From Octopus vulgaris (taxonomy: Eukaryota): a DNA stretch of 64,000 nt. The stretch is from the NCBI GenBank assembly GCA_951406725.2, contig OX597829.1, forward strand, positions 5,456,001 to 5,520,000, read 5' to 3'. This document shows, one piece after another, positions 54,264-64,000 of this stretch. The notes below the pieces were generated by a model. That model was not told the origin of the DNA. It searched no databases and worked only from the letters and a program-made list of their open reading frames with translations. The translations under genes and the position numbers were made by a program. Within the stretch, counting starts at the first letter, position 1. Each line of letters begins with the position of its first letter.

Positions 54264-54462
54264 TCAAACCACACACACACACACACGTACATGCACACAC
54301 GCACACAGGTGTGTGTGTGTGGTGTTATGCATGTATAGATATCCTTTATTTAATGACGAGCCATCAAAAGCGTTAACATGTACAATTTACTAACGCGCTA
54401 CTTTTAATACATGCTTGCTTTATAAGCGGCAAATTTATGGCAGGAACTCGAGAAGGAACATA

Positions 54463-55050
<588 letters not shown>

Positions 55051-55314
55051 GTGTGAAAAGAACACTGTATTTGAATTGGCACCCCCTTATTTAAATTGAT
55101 GCATGCGTCGCAGTATTCAGCAACATATGATTTAATGCTATAGAATACAGAGAAGATAATACGATTGACCCAGGTGTAGAAGCGACGGCGTGAGTATTTG
55201 ACGCAACTGGCATTAGATCCCAAACCAGATTGTCAGGGGATAAGCGCAGCCAATAGAACGTGTAAACACACATACACACATGTATATATATATGCGTCGA
55301 TTTCATTTCAATCG

Positions 55315-55535
55315 AAGGAGAGGGGCTTTCTCCGTCCGGGTTGCGGATCCGTGGAATAAGCTGCCGGACGAGATGGTGAAGATGCCGACGACCGCTCGGT
55401 TCAAAGTCTCCCTTGACCACAAGTGGCCTGAACTCTTTACATGAACACCACCCTGTACATAACTCCATGTCCCCCTACATGGCCTTGCTTTTTGCTTTTT
55501 GAGCCAAAAAATTAACTAACTAACTAACTAACTAA
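55315..55535 (+). mobile_element. 3' end of a CR1-like LINE with a (TAAC)n tail
   Basis: AFSVRVADPWNKLPDEMVKMPTTARFKVSLDHKW matches the FS.RV...WN.LP...FK..LD C-terminal motif of CR1-group ORF2. Confidence 0.8.
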
Positions 55536-55590
55536 CATATATATGTGTGTGTGTGTGCGTGTGTGGTGAACGAGAGAGAGAGAGGGGGGC

Positions 55591-55759
55591 AGGTGTGGCT
55601 GTGTGGAAAGAAACGTCCTAACAACATGGTTCAGGTTCAGTACCGCAGCTTAGCATTGTGGGTAAGTAAATTCTTCCGTAGTCTCTCAGGCCGAATAAAG
55701 TCTAGTGAGAGCATTTGGTAACTGAATGCAGCCTGTCGTGTATATGTATACATATATAT

Positions 55760-55790
<31 letters not shown>

Positions 55791-55975
55791 CGCGTGTGTA
55801 TGTGTGTTGTTGTGCCTTTGTGTCTGTGTTTGGCCGTTACAACCGCTTAGCGGTTCGACCAAAGATGCAGATAGAATACGTACCAAGCTTTAAAGAAAAG
55901 ATACTGGATTCGATTTGTTCGATGAAATTCTTCAAAAGGTGCCCCAGCATGGCCGCAGTCGAATGGAACAACTAG
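55591..55975 (+). mobile_element. SINE family A, old diverged copy
   Basis: gtggctgtgtgg...catggttcaggttcagt...ggtgccccagcatggccgcagtc. Confidence 0.75.
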
Positions 55976-56229
55976 AATATAAAAAATCGAAACAGGGGCA
56001 GCTGATGAAGGGGAACATTCCTTGTATTGTTTGTCTTGTACTCTGTTTTTTCGTTGTTAAAAAAAGTCCGTTTCCTTGTTTGATTTTATGCTTTCGTTTC
56101 TCGTTATGTTCTACGTTTATTTGTGGTGTCCTGTTCTCATATATGCATGTATATATACATATAGATGTAGGTATGTACATATTTGTATGTATGTATGTAT
56201 GTATGCATATGTTTTATTTACTAAATTGT

Positions 56230-56309
<80 letters not shown>

Positions 56310-56766
56310 TTTTACTTGTTTCAGTCATTTGACTGCGGTCGTGCTAGAGCACCGCCTTTAAAACGGTGTACAGGATGGCGCCAGTGGTTTCAAGGTTAAG
56401 AAGAGTCTAGCAGTAAGATTCAGATTAGACGAAGATACAACAGAGGTAGAATAAACAAAAAAAAGTGCTCCATCCAGTAAGAGATAAATATATCAATTTA
56501 AATACACAGCTAAAAGGGCTACTAATATTTTTATGCTTTTATTATAACTGAACAGACATATTTATATATGTATTAAAAAAACGCAGGTATCTCAAAGCAA
56601 TATTAGACTCTCTGCGTTATATATATTTTTAAAAGTAAGGATGCTGGACTGTAAAAAATAAGAAAAAAAAACATGGAAAAGATGTGAAGAATGTTGGTGC
56701 AAAAAAATGGTAAAAGGAGGGGTGGAAGGGAAACGAAATCGAGAAAACTAAGATTTCGCAGACTAT

Positions 56767-56881
56767 TTTACTCTCTTTACTCTTTTACTTTTTTCAGTTA
56801 TTTGACTGCGGCCATGCTGGAGCACCGCCTTTAGTCGAGCAAATTTATTCTAATGCTAGGGGTTCAAACACAGGCACACAA

Positions 56882-56944
<63 letters not shown>

Positions 56945-57504
56945 CATATATACGACGGGCTTCTTTCAGTTTCCGTCTACCAAATCTGCGCCAATTTTCT
57001 GTTAATTTATTCTAAATCAGTTGTATTTAATGACGTTGATAAATTGTGAAAAACAGTACAGTCAACTGATACATCCCTGAAGGAAAATAGATAGATTTAG
57101 ACAAAACTTAGTCGCATAAAAAACAAGTTTCCCGATTTATGGAACCCAAACCCCAAACCCTAACCTCAATATAGTGTGCTTCTATTCTCTACATAGCTTC
57201 GATGTTTAAATTCAACTTTACTCTTTTACTTGTTTCAGTTATTTGACTGTGGCCATGCTGGAGCACCGCCTTTAGTCGAGCAAATCGAACCCAGGGCTTA
57301 TTCTTTGTAAGCCTAGTACTTATCCTTTCGATCACTTTTGCCGAACCACTAACTTATTCTAATGCTAGGGGGACAAACACAGACACACTAACTTACGGGG
57401 ACATAAACACACCAGCATCGGTTGTCAAGCGATGTTGGGGGGACAAACACAGACACACAAACATATACACACACACATACATACATACATACATACATAC
57501 ATAC

Positions 57505-57562
<58 letters not shown>

Positions 57563-57761
57563 CGACGGGCTTCTTTCAGTTTCCGTCTACCAAATCCACT
57601 CACAAGGCTTTGATCGGCCCGAGGCTATAGTAGAAGACACCTGTCCAAGGTGCCACGCAGTGAGACTGAACCCGGAACCATGTGGTTGGTAAGCAAGCTA
57701 CTTACCACACAGCCACTCCTACTTACCACACAGCCACTCCTACTTACCACACAGCCACTCC
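56767..57761 (-). mobile_element. Two SINE family A copies (internally deleted at 56767-56985; full at 57217-57761)
   Basis: Colinear with the other family A copies. Confidence 0.88.
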
Positions 57762-59354
57762 ACTTTGCCAAGAAATTTTAAACTCTGACACGGAAATATC
57801 TGCTCGCATGACAAACAATACTGCATAATACTATGGGTCACATGCGTAACATGGAAAACATCATCATTGGTAGCCAGTCACTGAGACGACTTGTTTAAAG
57901 ACCCGTGAAACCACTTTCACGGCATTCATCCAAATAATCCTGTCATTTAAACAGGTATCTATAATTGTCAAAATTGATCTTACCCTCTTTGGAAAATTTA
58001 TGCAACACTGAATTGCTGATGTACCAAGCCATAGTGGCAGTCCTGTAGACATAATTCTTGATTATATGTTTCATACATATCAGAATGTGCGAGTTCAGCT
58101 TCAAAAGTTGGTAATTAGATAAAAGTCTACCTTTAAACATAAAGACAAAAGGAACAACTACATATGGAATATGAAAGATCACAATATTGACAAGTAAAGC
58201 AGCATTTCGTTAACCTAATAATCTACACTCCAGCAACAAGTATACCATTTATGCGAATTCTCTGGCCTCTACAATGACAAGAAAAACTTCATTATCACTA
58301 GACAACAGAAAATTTAACAGAAAATCAGAGCTAATTTTCAAATGACATTACGAAACCAAGCTGTATTATTCAAAACCATCAGAGCTAATCAACCTCACTA
58401 ATTGTTTCAGATCTTGGCATAAAATCAAGAATTTTAAGAGAATGAGTAAGTCGATTATAACGCCCCCTAGTGCTCAACTGGTACATATTTTATCGATATC
58501 GAAAGGATGAAAAAGCAAAGAAGACCTCATCTGAATTTGAACTCAGAACGTAACGAGTCGGCAGAAATATTACAAAGAATCGTTTCTGATGCTCAAACGA
58601 TTCTGCCACTTTGCCGCCTTTTTCATCCAGACTAATTATAAACATCCGTAAAACCGAAAGTTTCTAAACCACTGTCCCTTACGAAAGGCAGTTATGTTTT
58701 AAACAAAACAATAAAACTCGATGTGAGATACCGATCGACAGTGTATACATTTCACAGCTAATTCTGAATGAGGAATTCTCAAGGAGGAGGCAAGAAAATA
58801 CTAGAAATAGATACAATGTCATTACCAATTCGAATATGCTTGTGGTACGTTCGAACTCGTAAGCAAGATATTCACAGTGTTTTATCATGAAGAAAATTTC
58901 TCGCTGAGAAAAGCATCAACAACAAAAAATAATAAACGTATAAAAGAAATGAACTCAGGAACTTGAGTGGGAGAAGTACCTTCCTGAAAGAAATTGAGAT
59001 AATGTTATCTATATATGTGTGTATAAGGATGGATATATGAAGAACTCGTATGAAAAAGAAACGGTAAAAAAGAAGACGTAAAAGAGACAAGTAAAAATAT
59101 GTCCAAGGAACAGAAATAGATTGAAAGAGACAAGAGAAAAGAAAAAGAGGGTGAAAATATAATAAAAGGAGAAAGAGAAACTGTAAATCTTTTATGAGAG
59201 TCAAGGAATAGTTTTCTACGTAAGGATTTTTCTCAGACTGATCATTTTCAACTATCGAGCCTAAAAAGTTATGGGTTTTTAGTGTCGCTATGCCTAAACG
59301 AAACAATAATATATTACATAGACAGACAGACAGACAGATAGATAGATAGATAGT

Positions 59355-59438
<84 letters not shown>

Positions 59439-59445
59439 CAGATAG

Positions 59446-59549
<104 letters not shown>

Positions 59550-59639
59550 CATAGAGAGTGTGTGTGTAAATGGAGTTTTCGTCAGTTCATATAATGTAAT
59601 AGGTATGTATTATGAGTACTGATTTTGGTTTACCACTAA

Positions 59640-62612
59640 AATTCTAGCTTGAACTGCAACTGAAAAAGGTGGTGCTGAGGATGCCTATCAAAGACGGATA
59701 GGACTGGTTTCTCTTTGAAAGGGTAGATACAAATTAAAATATAAAATAAAAAGACAAAACATTCGACATCCCTCGAAAAGAAAAAAAAAACAATTTAATT
59801 CAGCTAGAAAATAAAAACAGATGGAATCTCTTACAGCTGTTTCTAGAATAGCCAAGCATGTGGATCATGATATTGAGTAAGCTTTTCATTGGATGAGTAT
59901 TCCGTCATCAAAGAGGGAGAAGTCTGAAAAAAGTTAAAATGAATATCCCCAATCGAGGATATTAGTATTTTCCAGTTTATCAACAATGAAGAAAGGATCA
60001 CAGTAAAATGGATATGCGTTACGGAGTTCCAAGATCGAATAAATAATTAAGTTCCAATTAATGATAATCCATGGCAAAAAATAGCGAAAGTTACCAGTTC
60101 CAGTTTTTGAAGAGAGAGTGAATTAGAGTCGAGTAGGAAAGATATACTGCAGTGTAAAAGAAAGAGAAAATGTTAGGTGCTCTATAACAGATATATACTA
60201 GTCTGTATTGTGGGAAGTCTAAAACAGACTACACGAAAACAGGCTAAGAAACCAAGGTGGAAAAGGAACATTGAAGGGGACACCAACATGCTTAGGGAAG
60301 ATATTAATATTTTGGAATGAAGAAAATTAGATGAATTAAGAAAAAGGGGAAAGATTGAACAACTTACAGGAAAGTACAGTATGAGAAGAAAGAAGATTAC
60401 TACCGTATTTGAAGAGCTAAAAGATCAAGAGGTATGAACAAAGGGTGACGCAATATAAACAGAAATCAAGTTTTCAGCAAAATCAGAAGACGTTCTACAA
60501 GAAGATGAATGGTATGGTTAGGAATGATGATGTAATCCTTGATGCAGATGAAAGTCAGAAGTTTTAGAGGTATATCTGGAGTGTAGGAAAAGGGCACAAT
60601 AGAAGTGTGGAGTGGCTGATAATCCCATGCCAAACTGGAAAGCTCCTAGCAAAGACGAGGTGCAAGGGTTCTGGTTGAAAAAAAGGCTGAGGTCCCTTCA
60701 CGGGAGAATTGTTGAACAACTGAATAAGATCTTGAATGGAGAAGAGAGATTGCTAAAATGACCAACCTTTGGAAGAAAGATCTTGTGCTTGAAGGACCGC
60801 AGCAAAGGAAATGCAGTTGACAACGTTAGACCAGTCTCTTGCCTCCTCAGGTGGAAGCTTGTCAGGCGGCATTGTACGAATATCTGGAGGAGGAGGAGGA
60901 GGGGGAGATGGGCTAAAGATCAGTTGTTGATTGATAAGACGATCCTTGAAGGTTGAAAAAAAGAGGTGCACAAACACCGCCATAGCTTGGATCGATTATT
61001 ACAAGGCTTAGTGGGTAGTGGAATGTTTGGAAATGTGGCATTGAAGCAAACATTAGATAGTTTCTCGTGAGCCGTATTGATAGATAGGAGACTGAGCAGA
61101 TATGATGTAGACAGACATAGTGACTTGTGAGGAATATTTCGGGGAGACTAGTCTTCCGCTTTTGCTATTTGTGTGGTGAATGGTTCCACTTTCATTAGTA
61201 CTGAGAAGGCCAAAGATTGGTTACGAGTAAGGAAGATGCATGAGCATAAAATAAACCACCTGCTGTTGATGGATGACCTAAAACTCTGAGGTAAATCCAA
61301 TGAAAAGATTGTACCGCAGACACAACATACATTCAGTATGGACATAGGAGTGGAATTTGGCATAAAAACTGCTGGGCAATATAGGTAGAATTGATAAGAT
61401 GAAAGGAATTAGGAGGAAACGCGTATAATTATTTAGGCATCCTGGAAACAGACCAAATGAAAGAGCTGTTACCTAATGAATATAAATGGGGACTGAAATT
61501 GGTGTTAAAAACAAAGTTGATTGGTAAGAATAAGATATTGACTGTCAACACTTGGGCCGTTGCAACTCTAAGGTAAATGCAATTCTAATGATGTCACTAC
61601 AAGAAACTCCACACTCCAAAAGTCACGTAGACAGGTTGTATCTATCGCAACAGAGAGGAGGAGAAAGAGGTTTCGCTAGCTGTGAAATGTGTGTGAAGTC
61701 TGAGGAAAACAATTAGGCAATGTATGTAAAAAATTCAAAGCAGATATTGATGACAAAAGTCTTGAGAGGTCATGAAGCAAAGGAAAAGGGTGAATTTAAA
61801 CAAAATTGACAGAATGACACCTTAAGTAGATAGGAAAGAAATGTATGGTCAATTCCTACGAGACATACCCGAAGCAGTTTACCAAAGATAAGATCTAGGA
61901 ATGGTCTGGATAAAGTTGAAATTGAAGCCCTTTATTTTCGCAGTCGAACATGCAGTGAGAAAGAACTATATCAAATTCAATATTGCTGAGTCAGCGACTT
62001 CCCCATTTTGTGTGACGAGAAAATGGAAACAATAAGTCACTTTATTAGTTAATGTAAGGTACTATCACAGAAAGAGTAGGAGAAGAGGCACGACAACATC
62101 ACAGAATTGGTTCACTGGAAGCTCTGTCTTAATTGAGTATAGCATGGGCAGAAGTGAGAAATGGTATGAGAATCAACCGGAAAGGACTGCTAGAAACGAA
62201 CAATATAAGATCTTGTGGGACTTGACCATCCAGTGTGGTCATCTTATATTGGCTAAAAGAAGAACAAAACAATTATTGTTTATGTCGCTTCACCGTGGGA
62301 CCATAGGGTGAATGAGAAAGCAGGTGAGACAGTTGGGAAATATCAGGATCTGAAGAGGGAAATCAAGAAATAATGGGAATCCGGCACAGAGGAGCCGTAC
62401 AGATTGTGTTTGACGCACTGGGAGCAGTTATTAAAGGGTTAGATGCCTGGTTTGAGAAGATAGGAATTGACACCAGAAAATACTAAGATTTTAAGGGGGT
62501 GTTAAAATGTTGAAAGTGAAGGAATGTCCAAAAGGAATTCTGGTCACTGGATATAGCCCGCTCTTTTGGTATAGTGTCAGTATATAACATCCGCCAAAGG
62601 AAACGCATCACG
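59640..62612 (+). mobile_element. Long degraded R4-clade LINE (RT, CCHC remnant, restriction-like endonuclease, 3' UTR)
   Basis: IAWIDYYKA, GIFRGD.SS, KINHLLLMDDLKL, DIGVEFGIK, YNYLGILE, RRHDNITELVHWKLC, KILWDLTIQC, KYQDLKREIK; ends at (TAA)n; many stops. Confidence 0.85.
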
Positions 62613-62613
62613 G

Positions 62614-62737
<124 letters not shown>

Positions 62738-62864
62738 TTATTATTATTATTATTATAATAATGATGATGATGAGGAGGAGGAGGAGGAGGAGGAGGATGA
62801 CGATGACGACGACTACAACAACAACAACGACAACAACGACAACAACAACAATAATAATAATGAT

Positions 62865-63571
62865 AAAGCACTAAGAACAAAATATGTAAAAAACAGAATT
62901 GACAACACATCAGAAAGTGATAAGTGCAGAACCTGTGGACAAAGTGGTAAAACCGTATGGCATATTACCAGTCAATGTACACCACTAGCCCAGAAGGAAT
63001 GTAAGAGAGGCCACGACAATATAGCAAGGCTTATCCATTGGACATTCTGCAACAAGTATGGACTTGACAGAGCAAAGAATTGGTACGACCACAAACCTGA
63101 ATGCATCGATGAAAATAGAAATGCAAAGATCCTATAGGATTTTATGATTCAGTGCGATCATGAGATGGAGAATAGGAGACCAGACATAGTCTTAATTGAG
63201 AAAGAAAACAAACTATGCTGGATCATAGATATAGCATGCCCAGCTGATGAAAAGGTATGCGATAAGGAAAAAAGAAAAGTCGAGAGATATGACAGGTTAG
63301 CTTGGGAAGTTAAGCAGTTGTGGTCGATGAAAAAGGTAGCAGTAGTACCAATAATTGTCGGAGCCCTGGGAACAGTGAGCAAAAATCTCGAGAAGTACGT
63401 GGAACAAATAGGGGCTGCAATAAGGGTGGAGCACTTGCAGAAAACAGCACTGCTTGGAACCGCTCGAATACTCCGGAAGGTGCTCGAAAAATAAGAGGTG
63501 TTACCTTAGTTCACTGGTAGTGAACAGCTGATAACGTAGTACATCTCCAGCGTTAGAAGCTGTGCAAAGGC
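62865..63571 (+). mobile_element. 5'-truncated R4/Dong-like LINE in (TAA)n
   Basis: KALRTKYVK..DKCRTCG..TVWHITSQC...RRPDIVLI..IIDIACP..PIIVGALG..LLGTARILRKVL; 3' UTR then (TAA)n. Confidence 0.9.
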
Positions 63572-63581
63572 AATAATAATG

Positions 63582-63708
<127 letters not shown>

Positions 63709-63781
63709 CAACAATAATAACAACAACAACAACATCGAAAAATACCTTAGGAATGAGAATCCATGTTCGAAATTTCTCGAA

Positions 63782-63827
63782 GACACCTGATGAAGGCTGG
63801 AGGGTATATCAGCTGAAATGTTGTGTT
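63782..63827 (+). ncRNA. Hammerhead motif in a family H1 body (63730-63881)
   Basis: GACAC CUGAUGA A GGCUG..CAGCU GAAA UG UU GUGUU; two C-to-T changes at CpG positions relative to the other copies. Confidence 0.7.
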
Positions 63828-64000
63828 AACAACAAACAAGATGAGGACAAATATCCGTCAAATGTAAATAATGTAAATAATGAAGAAGAAGAAGAATCCT
63901 TTCTATTATATGAAGAAGGCCTGAAATTCTGGAGAGGGCGGTAGTCGATTGCACCGACCCCAGGGCACAACTGGTGCTTATTTTATCGATTACCATAATG

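Noticed and set aside
57699-57761. CRISPR-like short repeats
   Set aside because: The repeats are contiguous with no spacers, SINE-derived, and in a eukaryotic context.

Overview
AT-rich, microsatellite-saturated eukaryotic DNA, intergenic or intronic. The SINE families and microsatellite load suggest an octopod cephalopod (inference). No intact host gene could be identified. Almost all listed ORFs are translations of (CA)n, (TA)n, (CATA)n or (TAA)n tracts, or are transposon remnants. The window holds many tRNA-derived SINEs from at least 3 families, R4/Dong-like restriction-endonuclease LINEs inserted in (TAA)n, RTE, Tx1-like and CR1/L2-like LINE fragments, two mariner relics, a Merlin-like MITE and three non-autonomous Helitrons. 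The main hidden signal is about 12 minimal type-I hammerhead ribozyme motifs in about 7 unrelated small non-coding repeat families. Each has a CUGANGA...GAAA core and a short, usually palindromic stem III of the kind found in Penelope-like elements and retrozymes. Six lie in the first 3 kb. One family places a tRNA-derived Pol III head upstream of the hammerhead and has an inverted partial copy at its 5' end, making it a candidate ribozyme-bearing SINE/retrozyme mobilised by Penelope-like machinery. Other notable items are a MITE carrying a two-segment templated capture of nearby DNA, a composite Helitron with captured spacer inside a SINE, and a SINE-LINE pair sharing a 3' tail. All folds and alignments were made by eye, and coordinates of degraded elements are approximate.
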